Below, in pieces: positions 30,301 to 40,059 of a stretch of DNA of 64,000 nucleotides (its first letter is position 1; each line of letters opens with the position of its first letter). The notes beneath the pieces are model-generated. The model searched no databases. It saw only the letters and a program-made list of their open reading frames with translations, and was not told the origin of the DNA. The DNA is from an uncultured Desulfosarcina sp. (GTDB taxonomy: Bacteria; Desulfobacterota; Desulfobacteria; Desulfobacterales; Desulfosarcinaceae): NCBI GenBank assembly GCA_963674945.2, contig CAXXWQ010000004.1, forward strand, positions 1,472,001-1,536,000, written 5' to 3'. The translations under genes and the position numbers were made by a program.

Positions 30301-33300
30301 CCCTCGCAGGAGGATGTCCATTACCTCGTTGGAAAAGCCGTACCAACCGTTTCCGGGCATGCCGGTGAGGCCGATGATGGATCCGAGCCCCACGATGAGC
30401 TTTGGCGGGTTCCCGTGAAGCGGATCGAGCAGGTGAAGCAATCCCAGCACCTTGGGGGCGGTTTCTGCAAATGCCTGTTCGGGAACGACCTGTCCGGTCA
30501 ATCGTGGCCGGTTGAGGCCGGCACCGTGGATAATCCCGGTCACCGTTCCAAACTTTTCGGTGACCTGGCGCAGCATATTTTCGACCTGGCTTCGATTTGT
30601 CACATCACAGGAAAAGTAGGCTGCCGTCAGGCCGAGATCCACATACTGGTCTAAAACATCGCGGATCTCTCGACTGGCCGGTTCGTCCGGCGCCTCTTCG
30701 GGAAAAGAGGTCCTCCCCACCAATGCCATGGTCACACCGGTATGGCGCGCCACGGCCAGGGCGCAGGCGGCCGTGATCCCCTTGGCGCCGCCGGTAACGA
30801 GGATGACGTCCTTTCCTGTCCAACGAATATCGCGCACTTTTGCATCCGCAGGCTGTACGAGATGGGGAATGGGGATTCGGCGGGTCTGGTCCAGATCGTA
30901 TCCCACGGCGGCGTAACTCTCCTGGGTGAAGATTTCGGCCAGGGTCTCCCAGGCGATGATCTCTGGCGACAGGGCGGAACTGAAATCCACGACACGAACC
31001 CGAAGGTCCCCCCGTTCCAGATGAAGACTCGCTCCCAGCGCCATGGTTGCGCATCGATCCGCTGTCGCGAATCGTGGGTTCCGCCCGAAAAAACCGCCAC
31101 CGAATTGAATCCAGGCGATGGTGGTGGTCCTTCTGGGAGCTTCGGCCGCCGGCGGCACGCGGGTCAACAGCGACCGCATACGGATCATCCGGTCCAACAT
31201 TGCCGACGGATCCGCGCCTCCGAGGTCGTTTTTGGGCAAGATGGTCACCAAATGAGAAAAGGCCGGATCCTGAACCAAGGCGTCAACATCTTCATGATCC
31301 ATGGCGCACCGCTTGGTAAAAGCGCCGCGATGGAATAAATTAACGTCCAGGGCTTCGGCCACATCCGCCGCGTCTTCGCTGAAGAGAATCAGGAACCGCG
31401 CCTTTTGCAGATCATTCTCCGAGCGCATCCGCCAGTTTTCGGGAAACAGTGGATAGGGTGTCTCCACCATTTCCATGGCGAAGTTGCGCACCCAGGTGGT
31501 ATGGTCATCGGGAACGACCGGCGGTCGCGTCTCTTCGACGCCGGCGACGGCTTCCTGCTGCTGGGCCGCCATCCGGTTCAAGATGGTGCCGATCTCCCGC
31601 AAACTGCATGTGCGCAAAGGCTCGATGTCCAGGTGAGCGGACAGTCCCAAGGCCGTGGCGGTGCTCACCACCAGGTCCTGGAGCTTGTCCGGCCCCAGGT
31701 GAAGATCTTTTTCCACCAAAAGGTCCGGATCTAGGGTGTCCATGGGAAAACCGGTGATTCGGGCGGCCTGGACGCGCAACTCGGTCATCGCATCCAAAGG
31801 GGGGGCCACCTGGATTTCGGGTTCCATGGCCATGGCAATTTGATCCACGACCTGGGCCAGGCTTGCGTTGGCAAGCCCCGGGACCTCCAACCGATCGGAC
31901 ACACCGGTCTTGTTGGCCAACCACACGATCAGGTCTCCGGCCTTGATGGAATCCAGGTTCAGATCATCCAGGAGGCGAAAGGACAATTCGATGCTTTCGG
32001 CCGGAAAGCCGGTAACTTCGGCCACCTGTTGTACCAGGAGCCGCTCCAGTTTCGCCCGGTCCACCGTCGACCGGCCCTTTTTTGTTTCAGCACTGCCCCG
32101 CAGCCGCTGGGCGGCGTCGGCCAGCTCGCCCAAGGCGGCATTGGCCAACAACGTCGGATCGGGAAAAGAGATCCCGCACTGTTTTGCGAAACGGGTGATG
32201 AGGTCACCGGCCTTGATGGAGTCCAGATTCAGATCATCCAGCAGCCGGACGTTCCGAGAGAGGCTGTCTGCCGGAAAACCGGTCACCGCCGAAACCAGAT
32301 CCAGCAGGATGGCCTGGGCCGCCACCGGCTCGACCGCCGGTGTCGACGCCGCGCCGTCCACATCCTTCGGTCGTGCATCGGGATCCCAGAAAGAGAGATC
32401 GGCCTTTACCACCTGCCGTAAAAACGCACCCCGGGAAGCAAGGTACCGGCTGACCAGTGCGTCCGGAACACCGGTGAAGGCTTCGGCCAGTACAGGATGA
32501 ATCCCGCCCGGGATGATACCGGCTTCATCTTCCTTCTCCTTTTCGATGACGGGGATGTTTTCACATGGATTGACGACAAAAATCTTTTCACCGGCCGGCG
32601 TAAAGGGCCGGATCAGCCTGTTTTCGAAGAAGGTCTCCCACCGGATGGACGTACCATGGGAAAACAAGGCACCCACCGCCCGGTTCAGATCCGAAAAACT
32701 TCCGGCCGCGGTTTCCACCGGAAGGCATGGCGTTTTCCCATCGCCGCGGATATCCCGAACGAGACCCGTGAGAACACGCCCCGGGCCCACTTCGACGATC
32801 ACATCACAAGCAGCGTGCATACTTCGCACCATGGCAATAAAATCGACCCGGGACCGGATCTGCCGGGAGAAATGATCTTTCAAGGAAAGGCCTGCCTCGA
32901 GCCGGGAACCGTCGATACTGGTAAACAGCGTACAGACCGGCGCCGCCATGGATTCTGTCAGCATCTGAAAATCGGCCACCTGCCGTGCGGACTCTTCACA
33001 AAGGGGGCTGTGGAAGGCGGCGGAAACCGGAAGCGTTACGGCGCTGACGCCATTTTCCCGTGCCAGCCGCGCCATTTGTGCAACGGCCGACGATTCGCCG
33101 GAGAGTACGGTCTGATGGGGGCTGTTGCGGTTTGCCACGGTGACGGTCGAACCCGATTGGGCGACCAAGGCCAGTGCCGTGGATTCGTCGCATCGCAGAC
33201 TCACCATGCCACCCGGCGTCGTCACCGGTGCGGACATGACCTTCCCGCGGCGGGTGGAAAACTCCAGCAGCGTCGCTCCGTCCATAACGCCTGCAGCAAA

Positions 33301-35418
33301 ACAGGCGGTCAATTCTCCCAGGCTGTGGCCGCCCACGGCAACCGGTACGACCCCCAGACGGGTCAGATATTCGAACCACAGCATGGAGGTCAAACAAATG
33401 GCCGGCTGTGCATGTTCCGTAAGGGAAAGGGTACGGAACCAATGTTCCTGCTGTTCGGCATCCGATGCCCGGTCCATGTCACGATGGATCAAGGCGCCGA
33501 TGGAAACACCGATTTGTTCGCCGGTCACCCGATCGGCCGTTTTCATCCAGGAACGCGCCCACTCGAATCGCCGGACCAGGGCAAACGCCATGTTGATCCG
33601 CTGTGAGCCCTGACCGGGAAACAAAAATCCGATCCGGGGGGCCGTATTCCCCGATCCCAACCAGATGTCCGGACCCGGCGAAATCACCCTCTGGCCTTCC
33701 GCTTCCATTACGGATTTTTGCACTGCAGTTTTCAATTGGGCCAGACGGTCCGCCAGGTCATCGGGATGGCCGGCAACGACGGCCGCCCTGAGGTTCGACG
33801 AAGGATCTGCCTGTGGACATTGCCGGGCCGAAAGGTCGGCGAGTTCGGCGATACTCGAACCCTCTGCGTCTCGGATCAGTTTATCGATTTTTTCGATCAT
33901 GTTCGCCACATCGTCTGCACCGATGGCGAAAAGCTCATCCTCCTGGGCATGGGCCAGCAGTATCTCTTCTTCCAGGGCCGGTTGCAGTCGATTGTCCGGA
34001 GCGTCGCCGGAGACCAGGGTGATGTGACAATTGATCCCGCCGAACCCCATGGAAGAGACGCCTGCTTTCAATTGGGTATCGGTGGATTCGAGCCTTCCGA
34101 GGCGGACCGGATAGATCCTTCGGGCGGCGTTGTCGAATGCCTGGTGGGGATGGTTGCAGGCCGCGGTGGGGGGAACCACCCGTCGATTGACCGCCATGAC
34201 CGCCTTCATCAATCCACCGATTCCCGAAGCGGCCTTGGCATGGCCGATGATGGACTTCAGGGAGGTGATGCCGCAAGGCCGCAACAGGCCCTTGGGGACG
34301 GGGGTTCGTCCGGTCACCTGGGCGATGGCCTCCAGTTCCGTCCGGTCCCCAACGGTGGTCCCGGTGCCGTGCCCCTCGATAAAATCCAGCTCGTGGATCC
34401 CGTACGGAGCATGATGATATGCCCGTTCCAGGGCCAGGGCCTGACCGGCACTGCGGGGCGCCGTGATGCCGGTACCGGCGCCGTCCGACGAGATACCCCA
34501 CCCATGAATCACCGCATAGACGCGGTTTCCTTCTTTTCTTGCCGCATCCAGGGGCTTGAGCACCATGAATCCGCATCCCTCACCGGGTATGAAGCCCTTA
34601 CCCCCCCGGTCGTACACGTTCATATCCCCGTCGGTGAGTGCCCCGGTCTTGGCAAATCCCACCATTTCAAAGGGGTCGAGGCTGATGTCAACGCCTCCCA
34701 CCAGGGCCAGGTCCAGGTCGCCGTCGGCAAGACGCGAGGCGGCATGGGCCACCGCCAGAAGGGAGGAGGAACAGGCGCCGTCAACCGTGAATCCCCCCCC
34801 CATTAAATTGAGATGGTTGCATATTCGTCCTGCGATGGTATTGGACAAACCACCGGCCAACGTGTCTTCGTCAACCTTGGGAAAGACCGCGGTGTAGCGC
34901 TCCTTAAGCAATCGCGTGAGACCTCGAAGCTGGGTTTCATCCATGCCCTGGGCACGGGCGGCGCTGAAAAGCGCCCGCCGGACAAAAGGCCAGCGCAGCC
35001 GCATGGTGTTGGACCGGGTCTGCTCCCCCGTAAGGGTGTTGCCGACGATGACGCCGGTCCGCTGTCCGGGCAGGGTGTCCCGGGTATATCCGGCATCGGA
35101 AACGGCCGCAAGACTGGTCTCCAATGCCAACCAATGAACGACATCCGTGGTTTTCATGGTTGACTCGGGAATGCGACGCCCGGACCAGTCGAAGACAAAA
35201 CCGTCGATGACCGCGGCTTGACGCCCATAGGTCTTATCTGCGGTCTTTCGATCCGGATCGTAATAATCCGCCATGGAAAGCCGGCATTGGGGGAATTGTC
35301 GAAACTGCCGTCTTTTCGCCAGAACATTTTCCCACAGCAGGCGGGGCGTGGATGCATCCGGATATTGACATGCCAATCCGATCACAGCGATCGCCGCAGA
35401 CGAAGGCCGATGGTTCAT
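27340..35418 (-). CDS. Enediyne-type (PksE-like) iterative type I PKS: KS-AT-ACP-ACP-ACP*-KR-DH-PPTase-TE-TE
   Basis: KS: DGACSSS, EGHGTGT, IGHAKAA, with PksE-like GNTLTGE..MRLRWPFVRR and EDTLAGGLSNTIAGRICNH. AT: GQGSQ, GHSLG, AFHS. ACP: LDSIK x2. KR: TGGAKGI, YGFSNE. DH: DHHFQGSYLFP. PPTase: GKP, SLTH, GCD, WAATETLGK. Two hot-dog TE domains. Confidence 0.9.
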   Translation of the reverse strand: MNHRPSSAAIAVIGLACQYPDASTPRLLWENVLAKRRQFRQFPQCRLSMADYYDPDRKTADKTYGRQAAVIDGFVFDWSGRRIPESTMKTTDVVHWLALETSLAAVSDAGYTRDTLPGQRTGVIVGNTLTGEQTRSNTMRLRWPFVRRALFSAARAQGMDETQLRGLTRLLKERYTAVFPKVDEDTLAGGLSNTIAGRICNHLNLMGGGFTVDGACSSSLLAVAHAASRLADGDLDLALVGGVDISLDPFEMVGFAKTGALTDGDMNVYDRGGKGFIPGEGCGFMVLKPLDAARKEGNRVYAVIHGWGISSDGAGTGITAPRSAGQALALERAYHHAPYGIHELDFIEGHGTGTTVGDRTELEAIAQVTGRTPVPKGLLRPCGITSLKSIIGHAKAASGIGGLMKAVMAVNRRVVPPTAACNHPHQAFDNAARRIYPVRLGRLESTDTQLKAGVSSMGFGGINCHITLVSGDAPDNRLQPALEEEILLAHAQEDELFAIGADDVANMIEKIDKLIRDAEGSSIAELADLSARQCPQADPSSNLRAAVVAGHPDDLADRLAQLKTAVQKSVMEAEGQRVISPGPDIWLGSGNTAPRIGFLFPGQGSQRINMAFALVRRFEWARSWMKTADRVTGEQIGVSIGALIHRDMDRASDAEQQEHWFRTLSLTEHAQPAICLTSMLWFEYLTRLGVVPVAVGGHSLGELTACFAAGVMDGATLLEFSTRRGKVMSAPVTTPGGMVSLRCDESTALALVAQSGSTVTVANRNSPHQTVLSGESSAVAQMARLARENGVSAVTLPVSAAFHSPLCEESARQVADFQMLTESMAAPVCTLFTSIDGSRLEAGLSLKDHFSRQIRSRVDFIAMVRSMHAACDVIVEVGPGRVLTGLVRDIRGDGKTPCLPVETAAGSFSDLNRAVGALFSHGTSIRWETFFENRLIRPFTPAGEKIFVVNPCENIPVIEKEKEDEAGIIPGGIHPVLAEAFTGVPDALVSRYLASRGAFLRQVVKADLSFWDPDARPKDVDGAASTPAVEPVAAQAILLDLVSAVTGFPADSLSRNVRLLDDLNLDSIKAGDLITRFAKQCGISFPDPTLLANAALGELADAAQRLRGSAETKKGRSTVDRAKLERLLVQQVAEVTGFPAESIELSFRLLDDLNLDSIKAGDLIVWLANKTGVSDRLEVPGLANASLAQVVDQIAMAMEPEIQVAPPLDAMTELRVQAARITGFPMDTLDPDLLVEKDLHLGPDKLQDLVVSTATALGLSAHLDIEPLRTCSLREIGTILNRMAAQQQEAVAGVEETRPPVVPDDHTTWVRNFAMEMVETPYPLFPENWRMRSENDLQKARFLILFSEDAADVAEALDVNLFHRGAFTKRCAMDHEDVDALVQDPAFSHLVTILPKNDLGGADPSAMLDRMIRMRSLLTRVPPAAEAPRRTTTIAWIQFGGGFFGRNPRFATADRCATMALGASLHLERGDLRVRVVDFSSALSPEIIAWETLAEIFTQESYAAVGYDLDQTRRIPIPHLVQPADAKVRDIRWTGKDVILVTGGAKGITAACALAVARHTGVTMALVGRTSFPEEAPDEPASREIRDVLDQYVDLGLTAAYFSCDVTNRSQVENMLRQVTEKFGTVTGIIHGAGLNRPRLTGQVVPEQAFAETAPKVLGLLHLLDPLHGNPPKLIVGLGSIIGLTGMPGNGWYGFSNEVMDILLRGFHAVHPQTQILNVAYSIWRDEGMGARMGSVALLRDRGIDAIPTDMGVDRFLRLFTHDPGHRQVVVTARLGGLDTWRQTIPDPPRAWRFLERLIHLTPGVEAVFSAHLSLESDLYLKDHHFQGSYLFPTVFGLEAMAEAVFYLTEQKKPVRMQIRDIRLLRPITVDAESGADITIHAIISEADGDGRTTIHAGIVKQDTGVASDFFSASFAFEAGETAPAAVMELPDEPLPLVPETDLYRPTLLFQGPRFQGIERVWQIQQSGERTGTALLTSRLTPKDRLVGQAFGKHPSVRLCLGDPFFTDTMLQSAALLVPQDTSLPVSIDCMDLFPEFFDGGKSANVRVELMEQDDRDLIYKVTAVGEDGSIRAELSGYRLRILKHHDHYPTVADLIRPEERDRQMVRQALDAAGNDLAVTTPFVDLATIVGIHDQTRDRRRDLEMPLLEKALQEAADKYDVPSASLAVHWEETGKPAVANIAGGVLDLSLTHEDRTCLCSVGPGPMGCDLAAITSREKDAWIGLLGPDRARLLDELAESIEDLDTAGTRVWAATETLGKIGVVSSDTLRIVKKKGTAVLFEVTDAEGSALQILTLAIRLTWGRPQILAVTTTTAEKAAPRVPAHLLTADYPGYEPLYEVRPFEMIEGGPQGQLVFVQRLPVTFQPSANLSRTIYFSNFIKWMGNTREASAWPVLAQMSDQFASGRWGGVTNYGHLKIVGEGATSDQVEILMWVSDNSGPENSTMTLSYDFRKMGKDGGRKRLAFCRLQTTWVEILGPGKARVAPYPTYYGHFIEDMCPRFDAPDIPAPMEESMAHLLESDDDPILYLAPPGPVIRAIVREQVFDTTLAHANLVGNIYYANYYDWQGQIRDRFFYDLIPDYFGGIGEKGELLALESRVDHLREAMPFDRIKLTLAVKELRSCSVTFHVDYFRLEPDGSSVKIAYGFHRAVWVTRDGQNRPVATPFPDPVRLAFDTVIGREVGKSVMAGTSGRE

Positions 35419-35645
35419 GTACCTCTTCCTTTTTACGATTTATTTTGTTTGCCAATTTATGTACACAAACACGAGGGCTGTGGTGAAATGGGAGATCCGG
35501 GCAGGTGTTGTTCGTGCACGTTGGGAAAAATAGGTTGCGTCGACCCAATTCCCGCGAATTCATTGTAAGGCATTTTTTCTTTGGATTTGCAGTTATACCT
35601 GTAACATATTCGCAAGAAAAAATACAGATGCAAGGTAAAACAAAT

Positions 35646-37247
35646 ATGACAACAAAGCTGAGAACCTGTGTTTCTCCGGCGGGTCGTTTTATCTTCGGGA
35701 TCCACCGGCCGACATTCACCTCGGATAATTTCCGCTTTGAAAGTTCACTTACCGACCTGGGTCTAATGCCCGATGGCACCCCATACCGCAACCGGGCCAA
35801 TTTTCCCGAAGGCCCGGTACAAGAACCATCGGCGGACTGGATATTCGAAGTTCCCAACGCCTTTCCCTTCCGGGGCACGACCTACATCGGGAAAACCTGG
35901 GCCGATTCTCGTGCCAAAAGTCCCGAACATATCCGGTTGCCCGAGGCGCCGGAGATTTCTTTCTTTTCGGGTTTCGAAGATGAAGCCTCGGCCATGGGAG
36001 CGATCCAAAAGCTCCCCCGCCCCCTTCACCTGGCCCTGGCCGTCACCTCAACCGATCCGCGGGACCTGTGCTGTCTGGCCCATATGGCCTGCACATTTTT
36101 CATGGATGAGACCAGCGGCGCCCCATGGGGATTGGCCTATGAACGCCGAAACGACGGAAGGATGAAGGCCGTTATCACGGACGAAGCGCTGTTCGAGGCC
36201 GTGGCCAACAACCGCCACCTGCCCGGACCCTACAAGCAGGCCATGGTTCTTCGTCCCGGCGCCCAGGGGGAAAGCGAAATCGTCGGCGAATGGCAGGGTG
36301 AGAACACCCATGTGTTCGAGTATCTCAGGCGCAACTCCTACATCCCCTGGGGCCACTATGCAGCCAACATGGCAAACGACGCCGTGCGGTACCGGGTCCG
36401 GGACATCACCCTTTCGGACATGACCGGCATGCGCCATCTTTACTATCAGCGAAGCTATACCCGCATGGCGCGGCAGTTGGGAATCCATCTTGAACCCGAT
36501 GCCGGCCCCATCGATGCCAATGCCCTGGAACGCATCCGGCAGCGCATCCAAAACACTCCTTCCGCCCATGGGGACCTGCCCTTTGACAGGACCTTGTGGG
36601 GATGGAATTACGGATTCGATTTCGCTCCCAGCGGGTACCGCCTCCACGCCTCCCACCAGCAGATCCACCAGCAGTATGCGATGATTCCAAAAACCGTCCC
36701 GATAAACGGCGATACGGGTCGAATACCGGCATTTGCATGCGGTGACATGGTGGCCGAATTCATCAGTGAATTCCGCAAGCAGACGGGAAAAGGCTTTTTC
36801 GATTGCTATGAAAAGGCGATTGTTGAAAACCAGCGGATGGACGGGAACGATGAACGGGAGAAAAGCCTGGTGATTTTTGAGGACGAACGGGTCATGGTAT
36901 TCGTACCCAAGGCGCAGACATCCCAATGGGAGTTACAATTGATGCCCAAGCTTTCCGTGGGCAATATATTCGATTCGGACACTGCCATGCGCCACAGTCT
37001 GGACCGGGCCATATTGGTTGCCGTTCGGACACTGGCACAGATGGGGGCGAGGATGATCACCACCATCGAGTACGCCAAACCCATATTCGACGGAGATGAT
37101 GAGCAGCGGCTATTGATGGCATTTTTGCCGAAACTGCCCGAATCCCCCGGTGCCTTCAGCGAAGCCCAATTGCGCTGGATCAACGGCCACTATCCGGAAG
37201 ATTTCGCCCTCGCCTGCCGACGCAAACAGACCGAAACCGAGAAATGA
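35646..37247 (+). CDS. Hypothetical protein with a GalT/HIT-like C-terminal region
   Basis: HASHQQIHQQ resembles the GalT HxHxQ site; VIFEDERVMVFVPKAQTSQWELQLMPK resembles the second half of GalT. The coding call is confident, the function tentative. Confidence 0.55.
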   Translation: MTTKLRTCVSPAGRFIFGIHRPTFTSDNFRFESSLTDLGLMPDGTPYRNRANFPEGPVQEPSADWIFEVPNAFPFRGTTYIGKTWADSRAKSPEHIRLPEAPEISFFSGFEDEASAMGAIQKLPRPLHLALAVTSTDPRDLCCLAHMACTFFMDETSGAPWGLAYERRNDGRMKAVITDEALFEAVANNRHLPGPYKQAMVLRPGAQGESEIVGEWQGENTHVFEYLRRNSYIPWGHYAANMANDAVRYRVRDITLSDMTGMRHLYYQRSYTRMARQLGIHLEPDAGPIDANALERIRQRIQNTPSAHGDLPFDRTLWGWNYGFDFAPSGYRLHASHQQIHQQYAMIPKTVPINGDTGRIPAFACGDMVAEFISEFRKQTGKGFFDCYEKAIVENQRMDGNDEREKSLVIFEDERVMVFVPKAQTSQWELQLMPKLSVGNIFDSDTAMRHSLDRAILVAVRTLAQMGARMITTIEYAKPIFDGDDEQRLLMAFLPKLPESPGAFSEAQLRWINGHYPEDFALACRRKQTETEK

Positions 37248-37268
37248 TGCGTACCGGAATGATACATC

Positions 37269-37532
37269 TCAGGCGTATGCATCCTCACGGATAATGGACA
37301 ACACCGGAGATGGGCCACGGGACATTTTTCGGGTGTCGATACTGGTGCCGGTCACGACGCCAATGCGCTCCCGCCTGTCATTTCCGGAACGTCGTTCCGG
37401 TATGGCGCGGTGGTAGGAGAATTGACGACGATCCATGAAGAAGCGTCGATTGCCGTTGGTTTCACAATCGTGGGCAAATAGGCTTTTTATCAATGATCGA
37501 ACCTTTCTTTCTCGTGAAGGGTTATCAACCAT
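37269..37532 (-). CDS. Small Arg-rich hypothetical protein (DRR/ERR motifs)
   Basis: NRRFFMDRRQFSYHRAIPERRSGNDRR; fills the gap between genes. Confidence 0.5.
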   Translation of the reverse strand: MVDNPSRERKVRSLIKSLFAHDCETNGNRRFFMDRRQFSYHRAIPERRSGNDRRERIGVVTGTSIDTRKMSRGPSPVLSIIREDAYA

Positions 37533-37788
37533 GGAACTGCGTCCGTATTTTCATTTTTGTCCATTTCAGGTATAGGCAAGTATCGAACCACGATCACGAT
37601 CACGCAGTTATGGCTCCAATCCCGTGGATTTTCATCGCGTTGACGTTTCCGGTGACGTTTTTTGCACAATGAAATACCATTTTTTCCCACGAAGGGAACC
37701 ATTGGTTTTTTCCGAAATTTTATGGTAACCAGATGAATACCAGGATGGCGATCCCTCCTTCTTAGTTGCTTACGAGAGCGAAATTTCC

Positions 37789-39258
37789 ATGAATCTGAGA
37801 CTTGGTATCACCGGGAAGCTGTTGGTGTGGTTCCTCTTCATACTCGGCATCTTTGTCGGTACGATTCTGATCCTGTATGTCAATATCAAGCAGGTGGTTC
37901 GTCTTTCCGAATCCATCGTGGGGAAAAATTACGCCATCTCATCCGGGACCAAGAAGATGGTGGAATCCCTTCTTGGCATGGAGGAGAACAAACAAAAGTT
38001 TCTTTTGCTTGGAAAACCCGACTACATCTCCTTCTACAACAAGGCGCAACGCGAATTCGAAGAAAACCTGGGCCAGTTGACCCGTCTGGTCGACGCGGGA
38101 CATGATATTTCTCCCGTGTGGTCTGAACTGATTGGCGACTACAAGACGCATCCCAGTGCGGATGCGCTGGCCAACCACCTGGCCGGGGGGCAAAATGACC
38201 CTGAATCGACTGCGTCCTTTTTCATCCCCGAAGCGACCATCAACGAATGGATAAAAAGAATTTCCGGCGAACGCCTGAAAAACGAACAGGAGATCGAGCG
38301 CACCATACGGGAGGTAAACCAGAAAGGCCGACTCTCGGCAAAGCTCGGACTGATCGGTCTTGGCGTTTCGGGAGTCGTCGGACTCATTGGTGTTTTCTAT
38401 TTGACCTATTCCATGCTCCCCCCGTTACGTGAATTGATGGAAGGCATCCGCATGATATCGTCCAACCGTCGAACGACACCCATCAAAATACGGAGCAGAG
38501 ATGAGTTCGGCGAACTGGCCCACGCATTCAATGAAATGTCGGAACGCCTGCGCAAAGAGGAACGGATGCGATCGGACTTCATCTCCATGCTCAGCCACGA
38601 AATCCGTACCCCGCTGACGTCCATTCGTGAATCGGTCAACATGATTCGCGAAGAGGTGATGGGCCCCATCAACGAGAGACAGGAAAAATTCCTTGCCATT
38701 GCGGGTTCGGAAATCAGCCGGATCACCGATCTGTTGAGCCATCTGATGCAGGCATCCCGGCTGGAACCGGGAGTGTTGAACATGCAGTTGGAGTCCATGG
38801 ACCCGTACACTTTCGTTTGCGATTGCACGGATAGCATCAAATTGGCTGCAAAGGCAAAAAACATCGAAATGACGGTAGATATCCCCACGTCAATCCCCCG
38901 CTTCATGGGGGACCGGATGAAACTCCAACAGGCCATGATGAATTATCTGTCCAATGCGATTAAATTCTCCGATTCCGGGGCACGGATCACCACCGGCGTA
39001 CGCCTTGAAAAATCCGGAGAGCAGCTCTCCTTTTACGTCAAGGACTATGGCCCCGGAATCATGGAGGAGGATCAGGCCTTCCTGTTCAACAAATATTATC
39101 GCGGCCAACGGGAACGGGAGCGGCTGGAGGGGGTGGGACTGGGACTGAGCATCGTAAAGAACATCATCGAATCCCACCATGGAAAGGTTTGGGTCGAAAG
39201 TCAGATGGGAAAGGGGTGCACCTTTGGGTTTACCCTTCCCCTTTCACTGGAATCATGA
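37789..39258 (+). CDS. HAMP-domain sensor histidine kinase
   Basis: Two TMs, HAMP (DEFGELAHAFNEM), SHEIRTPLTSI, NYLSNAIKF, DYGPGI and GLGLSIV. Confidence 0.95.
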   Translation: MNLRLGITGKLLVWFLFILGIFVGTILILYVNIKQVVRLSESIVGKNYAISSGTKKMVESLLGMEENKQKFLLLGKPDYISFYNKAQREFEENLGQLTRLVDAGHDISPVWSELIGDYKTHPSADALANHLAGGQNDPESTASFFIPEATINEWIKRISGERLKNEQEIERTIREVNQKGRLSAKLGLIGLGVSGVVGLIGVFYLTYSMLPPLRELMEGIRMISSNRRTTPIKIRSRDEFGELAHAFNEMSERLRKEERMRSDFISMLSHEIRTPLTSIRESVNMIREEVMGPINERQEKFLAIAGSEISRITDLLSHLMQASRLEPGVLNMQLESMDPYTFVCDCTDSIKLAAKAKNIEMTVDIPTSIPRFMGDRMKLQQAMMNYLSNAIKFSDSGARITTGVRLEKSGEQLSFYVKDYGPGIMEEDQAFLFNKYYRGQRERERLEGVGLGLSIVKNIIESHHGKVWVESQMGKGCTFGFTLPLSLES

Positions 39259-39369
39259 AACGCACCGTGGGTTCGCGGAAGTGACCGCCGTTGAATTTGC
39301 TTGAATTGTCGTGCAATGGCGATTAAAAGGAGCAATTGACCTTGAACGAAAAAAAAGAATGAACATCAT

Positions 39370-40059
39370 ATGACGCAAACTCGGATCTTGGCATACTTTC
39401 TGTGGATTTGGCTGGCGATTTTCACTGCGCACTTTTCCGGCTGCATGCACGTTTTTCATAAATCCGACGCCCCACTCCCCCCCGCAGCGTCATCGGAGGC
39501 GCAGATCGCTTTTGAAGAAGCGCTTGCCGATTACGGTAGCGGAGATTTCGAAGGCGCCTTGGCACGTTTTCGTGTATTGTCTTCCACCGGCGCCTCGGAT
39601 ACCATTGCACGAAAGGCAAAATTGGGAGAGATATACTGCCACATGATACTGGCAAAAACCCAGGCGGACTATCAGGTTGCCGTTGACATGTGGAGGGAAC
39701 TGGACCGTACGACGAAAAGTGAAGAAGCGTCCTGGGCAATCACCTTGACCGATCCCCTGGTGGATCGAATGGAACCCCGTGGAGCGGAAAACAAGATGGG
39801 AGCCGTCCCATCGCCGACAACCACATTACCGGAAGTCGGCAAACAGACCGACACGGAGCAAAGGTCAAAGGCCAAGATCGCCGAACTTACGAAAAAGGCG
39901 AACAAGGCGGATCAATTGCAGCGCCAACTCCATCAGATGATAGGGGAAAACAAATCCCTAAAGGAAAAAATCAAAGCGTTGGAGGCCATTGACCAGAATA
40001 TCCAACGGAAAAAATCCGAAATCGCAACTACCGATGAACAATCTAAAGATAAAGAATAA
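39370..40059 (+). CDS. Predicted lipoprotein with TPR-like segment and C-terminal coiled coil
   Basis: Lipobox FSGC and LKEKIKALEAIDQNIQRKK; lies between the kinase and the regulator. Confidence 0.7.
   Translation: MTQTRILAYFLWIWLAIFTAHFSGCMHVFHKSDAPLPPAASSEAQIAFEEALADYGSGDFEGALARFRVLSSTGASDTIARKAKLGEIYCHMILAKTQADYQVAVDMWRELDRTTKSEEASWAITLTDPLVDRMEPRGAENKMGAVPSPTTTLPEVGKQTDTEQRSKAKIAELTKKANKADQLQRQLHQMIGENKSLKEKIKALEAIDQNIQRKKSEIATTDEQSKDKE

Noticed and set aside
27340..37247. Complete enediyne biosynthetic gene cluster
   Set aside because: No E3/E4/E5, tailoring, resistance or transporter genes are recognisable in the window.
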